Positions 1-9,431 of a stretch of 64,000 nucleotides of DNA are shown piece by piece. The position numbers were made by a program, and so were the translations under genes. Within the stretch, counting starts at the first letter, position 1, and every line of letters starts with the position of its first letter. The DNA lies in the NCBI GenBank assembly GCA_030057915.1, contig JASGUC010000004.1, positions 30,561-94,560 on the forward strand. Reading direction: 5' to 3'. The DNA is from Pseudomonadota bacterium. GTDB taxonomy: Bacteria; Desulfobacterota; Syntrophia; Syntrophales; UBA8958. Below the pieces are notes generated by a model, which saw only the letters and a program-made list of their open reading frames with translations, made no database searches and was not told where the DNA came from.

Positions 1-1
1 T

Positions 2-682
2 TTGGGCAAAATTAGCGATGTATCACAAAAGGAAGGACGCACGGTATTGTTTGTCAGTCATAATATGGGTATGATAACATCCTTGTGTAAAAGGGCAGTC
101 CTACTGGATAATGGCTGTATTTTGCAGGAAGGCAATGTTACGGATGTAGTTGCAAGATATTATAATTCAGGCACTAGTTCTCCATATTCGGTTGATTTTA
201 CTAAGCAAGGGAAAAAAGTGGGGGATCAATACGCGACCCTTCTTGAAGTTCATATAGAGGACATGGATGGCAATATCACTGGGGAAGTGGACATTCGAGA
301 GTCCTTCAAACTAAAGATGACCTATAAGCTTCATGGGGCGCCCGTTGCCCCCCGGCCCAATTTTTATGTCATAAGTCCTCAGGGGCAATATGTCTTCGTG
401 ACGGGAGGAGGGGAGAAAGGCAAAGCAATAGATGGGACTTATGAGGCAACCTGCATCATTCCAGGTAATTTGCTCAATAATGAAACATATTCGATCGATG
501 CCGCCCTTCTCTATACAGACACTATTTTTCATTATAGCTTTCATGAACGAGGAGTGGTAATGATTACGGTCATTGATCCCATAGATGAAACAATAGAAGA
601 GACTACCAGGTATGGGATGAGTGGACCGTTGCCGGGGGCCATTCGCCCGAAACTAACATGGGAAGTAAGAAAAATAGCGTAA
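2..682 (+). CDS. wzt: ABC transporter ATP-binding protein, C-terminal part (Wzt/TagH-type polysaccharide exporter with an extra C-terminal domain); 5' end lies outside the window
   Basis: Open from the window edge. H-loop region LFVSHNMGMITSLCKRAVLLDNG is typical of TagH/Wzt NBDs. About 170 aa of non-ABC C-terminal domain follow, as in glycan-binding Wzt proteins. Confidence 0.8.
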   Translation: MGKISDVSQKEGRTVLFVSHNMGMITSLCKRAVLLDNGCILQEGNVTDVVARYYNSGTSSPYSVDFTKQGKKVGDQYATLLEVHIEDMDGNITGEVDIRESFKLKMTYKLHGAPVAPRPNFYVISPQGQYVFVTGGGEKGKAIDGTYEATCIIPGNLLNNETYSIDAALLYTDTIFHYSFHERGVVMITVIDPIDETIEETTRYGMSGPLPGAIRPKLTWEVRKIA

Positions 683-722
683 GTACATGTATTGTTTAAT
701 AAAATAAATTGTAAGGTGAACG

Positions 723-1142
723 TTGATGATCGAAACAATCAGGAATGAAGGTGCTATAGTTGCTATAATTATTTATAGGGACTATTCGGTGGAGGGTATC
801 AAATTTATATCTCCCAATGATTTTTCATTGCAACTTGGTACCATGAGCCGCCCCTCTGGTTACAGAGTTATGCCTCATATTCACAATCCAATCGAGCGGT
901 ATTGCGTGGGCACTCAGGAAGTGCTTTTTATAAAGAGTGGAAAAATCAGGATTGATTTCTATTCCTTTGACAAGGTTTACCTTGAGAGCCGTGAGTTAGC
1001 AGCAGGGGATGTCATATTGCTGGCAGGAGCTGGTCACGGCATAGAGTTTTTGGAAGAAACAACCCTTATAGAGGTCAAAAACGGGCCTTATATCGATGGC
1101 TTTGATAAAGGTAGATTCGAAGGCAAGCGAGTTGAGCAATGA
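723..1142 (+). CDS. Cupin-fold WxcM/FdtA-like sugar-nucleotide ketoisomerase (or related cupin)
   Basis: 139 aa. His pair in MPHIHNPIE and GDVILLAGAGHGIEF are cupin motifs. The 3' end overlaps the next gene start (ATGA). TTG/ATG start. Confidence 0.65.
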   Translation: MMIETIRNEGAIVAIIIYRDYSVEGIKFISPNDFSLQLGTMSRPSGYRVMPHIHNPIERYCVGTQEVLFIKSGKIRIDFYSFDKVYLESRELAAGDVILLAGAGHGIEFLEETTLIEVKNGPYIDGFDKGRFEGKRVEQ

Positions 1143-2263
1143 TACCTGTTAATCAACCACTATTGAATGGCCGTGAACGGGAATTGCTTACCCAATGCAT
1201 TGATACGGGCTGGATATCTTCCGACGGCCCGTTTGTCCAAGAATTCGAAAAACTTTTTTCCAACTATATAGGCGTCGATTACGGAGTTGCTGTCTGCAAT
1301 GGTACAACGGCGCTGGAGACAGCTCTCTATGCAGCCGGTGTTGGTAAAGGTGACGAAGTGATTATGCCGGCTTTTACCATAATATCCTGTGCGTTGGCGG
1401 CGATTCGCCTGGGCGCCGTGCCGGTTTTGTTGGATGCAGAACCTGATACCTGGAATATGGATGTTAACCAGCTAGAATCACGGATCACATCAAGAACCAA
1501 AGTCATTATGCCGGTTCACATTTATGGCCATCCGGTGGATATGGATCCTCTCTTGGAGATTGCAGAACGATACAATCTAATCATCGTTGAGGATGCGGCC
1601 GAGGCGCATGGCGCTGAATGTCGAGGGAAGAAATGTGGGTCGATGGGGCACATCAGCGCCTGGTCTTTTTACGCGAATAAGATCATCACAACCGGTGAGG
1701 GCGGGATGGTCCTGACATCTGATAAAAAGATGGCCGAAAGGGCTTCATCTTACCGAAATCTCTGCTTCGATCCATGCCGGAGGTTTTACCATAAGGAACT
1801 CGGACATAATTTTCGCATGACAAATCTGCAAGCCGCCATTGGAGTGGCTCAGATGGAACGGATTGAAGAATTTGTTCAAATCAAAAGGCGGCTTGGCGCA
1901 TACTATCGAGAGGGATTATCTCAGATTGAAGGTATAAAGTATCAAATTGAGAAGCCATGGGCAAAAATGGTGTACTGGATGTATTGTATAGAGCTTGACC
2001 CGCTGCTGTGCATGGATGCGGAGCAGATGATGATTGAACTTGGGAAAAGAGGCATTGGCACGCGTCCGTTTTTTATTGGCATGCATGAGCAGCCGGTCCT
2101 TCGCGAACTTGGCCTCTTTGTGGGAGAGCGTTATCCGGTAACGGAACGTATCTCCAGACAAGGTTTATATTTGCCTTCCGGATTATCTCTCAAGGAGAGA
2201 CAAATTGACGAGGTTGTTGGATCTGTGAGCGAGGTTGTTAAATTGCGTAGAAGAAAGAACTGA
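1139..2263 (+). CDS. DegT/DnrJ/EryC1-family PLP sugar aminotransferase, GDP-perosamine-synthase-like
   Basis: Motifs: GWISSDGPFVQEFEKLF, VCNGTTALETAL, GDEVIMPAFT, VEDAAEAHGA, and SFYANKIITTGEGGMV containing the PLP lysine. Confidence 0.85.
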   Translation: MIPVNQPLLNGRERELLTQCIDTGWISSDGPFVQEFEKLFSNYIGVDYGVAVCNGTTALETALYAAGVGKGDEVIMPAFTIISCALAAIRLGAVPVLLDAEPDTWNMDVNQLESRITSRTKVIMPVHIYGHPVDMDPLLEIAERYNLIIVEDAAEAHGAECRGKKCGSMGHISAWSFYANKIITTGEGGMVLTSDKKMAERASSYRNLCFDPCRRFYHKELGHNFRMTNLQAAIGVAQMERIEEFVQIKRRLGAYYREGLSQIEGIKYQIEKPWAKMVYWMYCIELDPLLCMDAEQMMIELGKRGIGTRPFFIGMHEQPVLRELGLFVGERYPVTERISRQGLYLPSGLSLKERQIDEVVGSVSEVVKLRRRKN

Positions 2264-2276
2264 GCGGGAGGTTTTG

Positions 2277-3188
2277 GTGAAGTTGCTTAAAAGAGCGGTA
2301 AGCTCATTGCTTAGTCGATTGGGGCTGGAGATATCTCTGCGTAAAAACAAAGAGGCATTTAATGAATTATACCCTCAGTGTTGGCATGACGCCGGTTTTG
2401 TTTACGATGTCTTTGGTCATTTACTCTATCAAAATGTTACGGACCTTATAAATTATAGCGGTCTAATGGGTATTGATCTTGATGAGTATGCGCAGGCGCA
2501 TACGGACGAGATGGCTGTGATTATCAAGAATGTCAAGCCCGGCCAGACAGTAATTGATGTTGGCGCCAATATTGGTCTATACACGCTTTTACTTGCTAAG
2601 TTGGTTGGGGCCGATGGACGGGTTCTTGCCTTTGAGCCGGGGCCGGTCAGTTTTGGCCTGCTGACGGTGAATGTCCATTTAAATCGATACAGGAATGTTA
2701 CCTTGGAGAACAGGGCTGTAACTGACATCAGTGGGACTGAGTATTATTTCACGAATCAAGCGGAAGAAAGGACTAACGAGAGCGGCGGCGTGGTTTTTTC
2801 CTCTAAGCCAAATTTTGACCATGCAAGGGAGATGATGCCTGTGGAAGCTTTAAGCCTGGATGATTATTTCGCCGGGAAGGACTGTAAGGTTGACTATATC
2901 AAGATGGATGTGGAAGGAGGAGAATATGCGGCCCTGAAGGGTATGAAGAATTTGCTGAATGCAAATCCTTCCATCATGCTTACGATAGAATTTGCTCCAT
3001 ATCTACCTCTCTGGGCCGACATCGACACCCAGGAATTTCTTGATTATATTAGATCATTTGGCTTCGAGATCTTCGATTTGCGGAAGAATGATCATGAGCC
3101 GGTAAGCAATACATATTTGAGGGATGCATATCCAAAGCAGGCGGTTGGCAGGTACGCCAACCTACTTCTGAAACGACCCTCATCGTGA
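2277..3188 (+). CDS. FkbM-family SAM-dependent methyltransferase
   Basis: Motifs VIDVGANIGLYTLLLAKLVGADGRVLAFEPGP and DYIKMDVEGGEYAALKG. The track ORF starts at TTG 2235, inside the previous gene. GTG 2277 sits 6 nt after GGGAGG and downstream of the previous stop, so it is preferred. Confidence 0.8.
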   Translation: MKLLKRAVSSLLSRLGLEISLRKNKEAFNELYPQCWHDAGFVYDVFGHLLYQNVTDLINYSGLMGIDLDEYAQAHTDEMAVIIKNVKPGQTVIDVGANIGLYTLLLAKLVGADGRVLAFEPGPVSFGLLTVNVHLNRYRNVTLENRAVTDISGTEYYFTNQAEERTNESGGVVFSSKPNFDHAREMMPVEALSLDDYFAGKDCKVDYIKMDVEGGEYAALKGMKNLLNANPSIMLTIEFAPYLPLWADIDTQEFLDYIRSFGFEIFDLRKNDHEPVSNTYLRDAYPKQAVGRYANLLLKRPSS

Positions 3189-3201
3189 TAATTACAAGGA
3201 G

Positions 3202-4416
3202 ATGCCTATGGAAACCGTGATTCGCAAAACCTGCAGATTGTGCGGTGCGAGTGATTTGAGCGACGTCTTTTCTCTTGGGGTACAATTTATCAACGATTTT
3301 GTTCCTGAAGAAAAGATAGGGCATGGGCTGAAAGCGCCTCTCGATTTAATTATGTGTGATCGATGTTCCCTTTTGCAGCTCAGGCACACGGCACCTCAGG
3401 AACTTCTATACTCACGTCATTATTGGTATCGGTCGGGAGTTACGGATACAATGAGGCGGGCCTTGAGGGATATTGCTGTAGAAATCGAATCAATGGTCGA
3501 CTTGAAACCCGGTGATGTGATCCTGGACATAGGGGCAAATGACGGGACCCTGCTTGCTGCCTATACCGCACCGGATATACGGCGCGTGGGCTGCGAACCT
3601 GCCGACAACTTAGTGGACAGCCTGAGCAAGAATGCCGATTACGTGATGCACGATTTCTGGAACTATGATCGTTATATTAAACTTGCCAATCAGTGGGGTT
3701 TCGGTAAGGCAAGGGTAATTACTGCGATTGGCATGTTTTATGATCTTGATGACCCGAATCGATTCATAAAAGATGCACAGCTTGCCTTGGCTGATGACGG
3801 TATCTTTGTGGCCCAACTAATGTGCATGGCGCCGATGATCGAAAAGAACGATTTGGGGAACATATGTCATGAACATCTTGAATATTACTCTCTCGATTCA
3901 CTGAAATACTTGCTTGAATCGAATGGTCTCGAAATGTTCAAGATCGAGGAAAACGACGTCAATGGCGGCAGTTACAGGATTTTTGCCCGTCATTACAGCG
4001 GGTTGGGAATCGATTATCGAGAAAAATATACATTGGATGACATTTTAGCCTTCGCAAAGCGAATCGAAGATAATCGTGCCCGTTGTGTGGAATTTATCAA
4101 AAATGAAGTTGGCAAGGGAAAGAAAGTTTATGTTTACGGAGCGTCAACAAAAGGGAATGTGATCCTTCAATACTACGGTCTTGATCACCTTTTGATTACT
4201 GCGGCGGCTGAACGTAGCCCCGAAAAGTGGGGTAAATATACCATCGGTTCATGGATTCCTATCGTTTCTGAGGAGGAAGCGAGGAGAGCCAATCCCGATT
4301 ATTTTCTTGTTCTGCCTTGGGCCTTCTTTGATGAATTTTACGAGCGAGAGGCGGAATGGCGTTCCCGAGGAGGAAAATTTATTGTACCTTTACCGGAATT
4401 TAGGGTGGTGCCATGA
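3202..4416 (+). CDS. Sugar-nucleotide C-methyltransferase (TylCIII-like: Zn-ribbon + SAM MT + C-terminal C-methyltransferase domain)
   Basis: CRLCGASDL...CDRCSLLQL cysteine pairs, SAM motif VILDIGANDGTLL, and C-terminal VYVYGASTKGNVILQYYGL. AAGGAG lies at 3196-3201, so ATG 3208 may be the true start. Confidence 0.8.
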   Translation: MPMETVIRKTCRLCGASDLSDVFSLGVQFINDFVPEEKIGHGLKAPLDLIMCDRCSLLQLRHTAPQELLYSRHYWYRSGVTDTMRRALRDIAVEIESMVDLKPGDVILDIGANDGTLLAAYTAPDIRRVGCEPADNLVDSLSKNADYVMHDFWNYDRYIKLANQWGFGKARVITAIGMFYDLDDPNRFIKDAQLALADDGIFVAQLMCMAPMIEKNDLGNICHEHLEYYSLDSLKYLLESNGLEMFKIEENDVNGGSYRIFARHYSGLGIDYREKYTLDDILAFAKRIEDNRARCVEFIKNEVGKGKKVYVYGASTKGNVILQYYGLDHLLITAAAERSPEKWGKYTIGSWIPIVSEEEARRANPDYFLVLPWAFFDEFYEREAEWRSRGGKFIVPLPEFRVVP

Positions 4417-4862
4417 TTCCGAGCGATAAATATGAAAGTATAATGAGAGTCTTACCCATATTGTGCGTGGATATAATTTTAAAGACGAAGAGCGGTAAGT
4501 ACATATTGATAAAACGAAAAAACAGACCATTAAGTGGCAGATGGTGGGTTATCGGAGGGAGGGTGCTCAAGGATGAGACACTAGAACAGGCAGCAAAAAG
4601 GAAAGTGAAAGAAGAGACGGATATCGACATCAAGGAGATCATGCCAATAGGGTACTATGAAGACACCTTCGTTGCCAATCCATTCGGCACTAGATTTCGC
4701 CAACATTCTGTGAGTCTGGTCTTCCTGGCAGTTGTTGAGGACAATAAAAATGTGAAGTTGGACAACCAAAGCGCGGCATGGAAGTACTCGGAAGCGCTTC
4801 CCCGGCGCTTCCACGTTAAACCTTTTGGTTGCCCACAGTCATCACAAAAAGAATCTATTTAG
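4413..4862 (+). CDS. NUDIX hydrolase (GDP-mannose mannosyl hydrolase-like)
   Basis: Near-canonical Nudix box GGRVLKDETLEQAAKRKVKEETDI. ATGA overlap with the upstream gene. Located next to gmd, as in colanic-acid-type loci. Confidence 0.8.
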   Translation: MIPSDKYESIMRVLPILCVDIILKTKSGKYILIKRKNRPLSGRWWVIGGRVLKDETLEQAAKRKVKEETDIDIKEIMPIGYYEDTFVANPFGTRFRQHSVSLVFLAVVEDNKNVKLDNQSAAWKYSEALPRRFHVKPFGCPQSSQKESI

Positions 4863-4881
4863 TGCACGGAAGGATAATGTG

Positions 4882-5874
4882 ATGAAAAAGGCCCTGATTC
4901 TAGGGGTAACCGGTCAGGACGGCAGTTACCTTGCGGACATATTGTTGGATAAAGGATACACTGTATATGGAATGATGAGGCGCTCAGCCACGGGCAATAC
5001 ACGCAATATAGACCATTTGCTCCTAAACCCTAACATTTTCAACAAGCATTTTTTCATTTGCCGTGGCGATTTAGCCGATCCTACTTCACTGCACCGCATC
5101 ATTCAAGATGTGCGTCCTCAAGAGATATATAATGAAGCAGATCAGGACCATGTCGGCTGGAGCTATGACATGGTCGGTTTCTCATTGGATATAACTGGAG
5201 CTGCTGTAGGGCGCATTTTGGAAATAATAAGACAGATTGATCCGGCGATTCGCTTTTTTCAACCGTGCACTTCCAATATGTTCGGAAAAACGGACTGCCC
5301 TGTGCAGAACGAGAACACGCTCTTCAACCCGCAGAGCCCCTATGCCTGTGCAAAAACCATGGCCTATTATCTCACCCGTTATTATCGAGATACCTTTGGT
5401 ATCTTTGCATCCACTGCAATCTTGTATAATCATGAGTCGCCGAGACGAAGCCCTGAATATGTAACACGCAAGGTTACCCGATCAGTTGCAAGGATAGCCC
5501 TTGGTCAACAGGAAAAGCTCAGCCTTGGGGATTTGAGTGCCGTGATTGATTGGGGATACGCAAGAGAATATATGGAAGCTGCTTGGCAGATGATGCAATG
5601 TCAGGAACCGGACGATTTTATCATCGCCACCGGTGAGGCTCATTCTGTTAGAGAATGGGTTGAAGAAGCATTTTCCTCCGTCGGTTTGAATGCAGATGAC
5701 TATTTGGTGATCGACAGGAATCTGTTAAGGCCATCAAACACAAGCACGTTAATCGGCGATATATCAAAAGCTAGAAAAGTCTTCGGATTTGATCCAAAGA
5801 TCAAGTTTTACAAATTGGTAAGGTTGATGGTAGATGCCGACTTAGAAATGGAAAGATCGAGATGGCGTAAATAA
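4882..5874 (+). CDS. gmd: GDP-mannose 4,6-dehydratase
   Basis: ALILGVTGQDGSYLADILLDKGYTVYGMMRRS Rossmann motif, YACAKTMAYYLTRYY (YxxxK) and hallmark LYNHESPRR. The track ORF starts at 4825; ATG 4882 follows GGAAGGA and matches the usual Gmd N-terminus MKKALI. Confidence 0.92.
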   Translation: MKKALILGVTGQDGSYLADILLDKGYTVYGMMRRSATGNTRNIDHLLLNPNIFNKHFFICRGDLADPTSLHRIIQDVRPQEIYNEADQDHVGWSYDMVGFSLDITGAAVGRILEIIRQIDPAIRFFQPCTSNMFGKTDCPVQNENTLFNPQSPYACAKTMAYYLTRYYRDTFGIFASTAILYNHESPRRSPEYVTRKVTRSVARIALGQQEKLSLGDLSAVIDWGYAREYMEAAWQMMQCQEPDDFIIATGEAHSVREWVEEAFSSVGLNADDYLVIDRNLLRPSNTSTLIGDISKARKVFGFDPKIKFYKLVRLMVDADLEMERSRWRK

Positions 5875-5879
5875 TCAGT

Positions 5880-7376
5880 ATGATTCAGTATGGTTTGAGA
5901 AGAGTTCTTTTGATTGCCAATCATGATGCATTTGGCCGACAAATGGCCAGATGGGCTCTCCTGATTAACAAACATTCCGATTGGGAACCGATCATCTATA
6001 TCAGTTATGATTACATAAATCGACATATGGAGTTGTGTCGTGCCGGTGGAATAAGGATCTTGGGACCCCTGCACGGAGAAGCTACGGTGGGGTCTGGAGA
6101 TTCGTTTTCCAGTACGTCAGAAATTTCATTTTGGACATTCTCAAAGGCCATTCTTCGAAGGCCGTCTTTTCTCCAAGTTATTTTGAAGAAGCATCACCAT
6201 TCTCTTTCGCTTTTCAGGTTCCCTGTGATTATGTACTCAATGAAGAAAAACTTGAATACCATACGAACTTTGCTGAAGAACGAACTTATAGATGTCGCCA
6301 TGATATGTGAGAGCAGTCCCGCCTACGAAGCGCCACTTTTCATAGCGGCTGCAAATATGGAAGGAATCCCGATCATAACCGCCCCGATTGAAAAATCTAC
6401 GTCCCGCCATTATGCCGAAAACTATCTTTATGATGTCTCGATGAGTATGACACGATTGTGCAACAAGCTCATCGGGAGACTGTACCCCCGTTGGACAATC
6501 AGCCACAGGGGATACAGCATGTTACGCGTCCAACCGGAACTGCTCTTGTCTTTGGAGCTTTTAGGGATTGCACCGCTAAAGCCTTGGGAGTTGGTGGGAA
6601 ATCAGGAAGATATTGTAGCTGTGGACAGTCAATCAACCTTCGATCATTTTGCCAAAGAGGGCGTCGCGCCGGAACAAATGGCAATTGTCGGCCGGGCAGA
6701 ATATGACATCATGGCCAATATCAAGGCAGAAGCCAAGCAACTGAAGAGAGAATTGTACCAACGATTGGGTTTTGAAAATAGCCATCCCTTGATATTGTCG
6801 CCTTTAGTTCCCGATCATTACATTTCCGGGCGCCCGGAATGTGACTTTCAGGATTATCAGAAACTGGTAGAGTTTTGGGTGCGATCGTTGGGCGAGATCA
6901 AGGATCACAATGCGGTGATCAGTTTACATCCAGGACAAACTTATCAAAAAAAAGCGAATGCCTGGGATTACCTCGAACAGTGGGGAGTAAAAATATCACG
7001 GGAGGATCTGCCAACTCTGATTCCTCTTTGTGACATATATGTGGCGACGGGTTACTCGACAACCGTGCAATGGGCAATTGCATGCGGTAAGCCGGTAGTT
7101 AATTACGATGTCTATCGATATGGACTTCCCATTTATAGCTCTTTTCCCGGTGTGATAGATGTCCAAGAACAACGGGATTTTCTTGAAGCATTGGAGAGAT
7201 TATCCAGTGATCCAAATTATTATTCTATGATCGCCGCGTATCAGCAAAAGGACGCGGAACAATGGGGTAAGTTGGATGGCAAAGCGACGGAAAGATTAAT
7301 AAGCCTGTTTGATCAATTGCTATCTTGTAAAGCCGGCAAGCCCAGTTCGAGAAGCATGATGGCACAGAGGCAATAG
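5880..7376 (+). CDS. Unassigned two-Rossmann (GT-B-like) polysaccharide biosynthesis protein, paralog A
   Basis: 498 aa. The C-terminal half aligns by eye with ORF 9428-10777: LIPLCDIYVATGYSTTVQWAIACGKPVVNYDVYRY...QWGKLDGKATERL versus LVPLCSIYVASVSATIRWAIACGIPVVNYDVYRM...QWGKLDGRSGERM. The architecture recalls KpsS/KpsC-type capsule enzymes, but the family is not established. Confidence 0.6.
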   Translation: MIQYGLRRVLLIANHDAFGRQMARWALLINKHSDWEPIIYISYDYINRHMELCRAGGIRILGPLHGEATVGSGDSFSSTSEISFWTFSKAILRRPSFLQVILKKHHHSLSLFRFPVIMYSMKKNLNTIRTLLKNELIDVAMICESSPAYEAPLFIAAANMEGIPIITAPIEKSTSRHYAENYLYDVSMSMTRLCNKLIGRLYPRWTISHRGYSMLRVQPELLLSLELLGIAPLKPWELVGNQEDIVAVDSQSTFDHFAKEGVAPEQMAIVGRAEYDIMANIKAEAKQLKRELYQRLGFENSHPLILSPLVPDHYISGRPECDFQDYQKLVEFWVRSLGEIKDHNAVISLHPGQTYQKKANAWDYLEQWGVKISREDLPTLIPLCDIYVATGYSTTVQWAIACGKPVVNYDVYRYGLPIYSSFPGVIDVQEQRDFLEALERLSSDPNYYSMIAAYQQKDAEQWGKLDGKATERLISLFDQLLSCKAGKPSSRSMMAQRQ

Positions 7377-7388
7377 TATGGTGCCATA

Positions 7389-8420
7389 ATGTCGTCAGAT
7401 TGGCTCAATAGGTGGAACAGGGCGCTGCGGGAGCAGCATAAACTGCTTTTTGATTACAGCAACAAGAGGATGAAGGATAAATTTGCCCACTATACCGACT
7501 GTCCGGTTTGTGGCGAGAAAGAGGCGAAATTGCATTATGAAAAGGATTGGTTTAAATTTTTCAAATGCCATAATTGTTCCATGGTCTACATGAACCCCCG
7601 GATGAACGTAGCTGCTACACACTCCTTTTATAACAGCAGCGCCAATGCCATTTATAACGAGAGTAAGTTCGATAACCCCTCGGTGACAAGCGATTTCGAT
7701 AATAGTGAAAATATCTCAAATTTGGATGCTATCTATAGATACGGAAAATCTGGGGGGAAGGGGAGATTTCTGGAAATTGGCAGTGCAACGGGACATTTGT
7801 TGGAAAGGGCAAAAAAGCATGGATACGATGTCTACGGTATCGAACTCAACAAGAAAATGTGTCTTCAGTCGCGTTCAGTCCTTGGAGACACTGTGTATGA
7901 TATCGATTTACTTGATGCGCACTTCCCTGCCGAGATGTTCAATGTTATCTACATGCGGGACCTGATACAACACATACCCGATCCGAAAAGTTTTTTACTG
8001 GAGTGTAATCGTATAGCGAAACCCGGCGCAACAATTTTTATTGGAACCCACAATATTGAAGGATTGATCCAGAGAATAGTCAAAGAAAAGTACACTGCGG
8101 TCTTCGGTTTCATGGAGCCCAATCATTTCTCACCCGTTACAATCAGGAAGATCCTCGAGATTGCCGGTTTCGAAGTGAAAGATATTCACTTTCGGTCAAT
8201 TGATGTCACTCTGGGTACTATTATTAGCTACTTTGGCACACCCTCCTTTACGTATGTTTTCCCGCCAGAGCTTGGGAAATTGCGCCGTTTAGTCGTTAAA
8301 TTGTTATATGCCCCGTTTTTCTGTCAGCCCCTTCGCTATTTAGATACTCATATAACCCCATCTATTGCCAACTGGTTTAAACTGGGGAGCTGGATGAATG
8401 TTATTGCCGTAAAAAAATAA
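7389..8420 (+). CDS. Class I SAM-dependent methyltransferase with N-terminal Zn-ribbon
   Basis: CPVCGEKE...CHNCSMVYMNP cysteine pairs and SAM motif FLEIGSATGHLLERAKKHGYDVYGIELN. Confidence 0.8.
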   Translation: MSSDWLNRWNRALREQHKLLFDYSNKRMKDKFAHYTDCPVCGEKEAKLHYEKDWFKFFKCHNCSMVYMNPRMNVAATHSFYNSSANAIYNESKFDNPSVTSDFDNSENISNLDAIYRYGKSGGKGRFLEIGSATGHLLERAKKHGYDVYGIELNKKMCLQSRSVLGDTVYDIDLLDAHFPAEMFNVIYMRDLIQHIPDPKSFLLECNRIAKPGATIFIGTHNIEGLIQRIVKEKYTAVFGFMEPNHFSPVTIRKILEIAGFEVKDIHFRSIDVTLGTIISYFGTPSFTYVFPPELGKLRRLVVKLLYAPFFCQPLRYLDTHITPSIANWFKLGSWMNVIAVKK

Positions 8421-8474
8421 TTTCCGTCGGTGCAATAGTTACTTCGCTTCCGTCAACAAATAGAGGTTATAGGT

Positions 8475-9431
8475 ATGAACGTTAAAAATCGCAACATTTC
8501 TATTTTTCAGGAATACTATGAAGATAAACCGTTAAAAGATCGCTATCTCTCCGAAGCGGATCATGCAATAGATGTAATTATCCCCATAATACATGCAAAT
8601 GAACTTTGGAAAGTGAATCTCAAGTCATTTTACCGGGAGATTCCCATTCACAAGTTATTGATCGGTGATGGAGGATGTATCGATAATTCCATGGATATCG
8701 CCAAGGAATTCCCGCGTGTTCAGATATTTGACCACCGTAGCTATAAATCGCTTGGTTATAGTATCCGTAAACTTATCGAGGCAGTGGAGACCGAGTGGTT
8801 TGCTTACATACATGCGGATGCATACCTGCCTGCGGGATGGTTTGACGCGATGCATAAACACCAGCGGGAATACGAGTGGTTTGGATGTCCGATGCAGCAT
8901 ACGGTAATGATTGAATATAATGTAAGTTACGGAGAACGGCCCTGGGCTGGAACCCAGATGGGACTCAAGAAAGCTTTTGAATCTGGCCTGTCCCGGGTAG
9001 ATGACGATTATGTTTATAGACAGGAAGATTACGTATTTTCAGACATAGTTGCCAAGGCGGGATACAGGGAAGGCAAGGTTTCGGATACCTTCCATTATCA
9101 CCAGACCATGCAGAAACAAACACCTTGGTCGCGCCATATTAAATCAGTCAATTTCGATTTGGAGATAAGTCCGGAAGAGGAGATTCGTACCTGTATGACC
9201 ATGGCTAAGGGGATAGTCAAATATCTCGATCCGCCGGTTCTTGCAGAGGCGGCGGTGCTGAATATCGATCGCTTGGTGGAAATGGGCGTGTTCAGTTGGA
9301 GGGATTTTATGGGCTGGGTCAAGGCAGAAAACCCGGACTGGGTACCGGTGCTGAAACGTCAGCGTTTGGCCATGCTTCCTTACAAGCTCAAGCCGGTATT
9401 GCGCACTATTCGTAATATCCTTGGGAAATGA
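8475..9431 (+). CDS. Glycosyltransferase family 2-like protein
   Basis: N-terminal IDVIIPIIHANELW...LLIGDGGCIDNS...IHADAY pattern, consistent with a GT-A fold with an acidic motif. Sits in an operon with sugar genes. Confidence 0.6.
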   Translation: MNVKNRNISIFQEYYEDKPLKDRYLSEADHAIDVIIPIIHANELWKVNLKSFYREIPIHKLLIGDGGCIDNSMDIAKEFPRVQIFDHRSYKSLGYSIRKLIEAVETEWFAYIHADAYLPAGWFDAMHKHQREYEWFGCPMQHTVMIEYNVSYGERPWAGTQMGLKKAFESGLSRVDDDYVYRQEDYVFSDIVAKAGYREGKVSDTFHYHQTMQKQTPWSRHIKSVNFDLEISPEEEIRTCMTMAKGIVKYLDPPVLAEAAVLNIDRLVEMGVFSWRDFMGWVKAENPDWVPVLKRQRLAMLPYKLKPVLRTIRNILGK

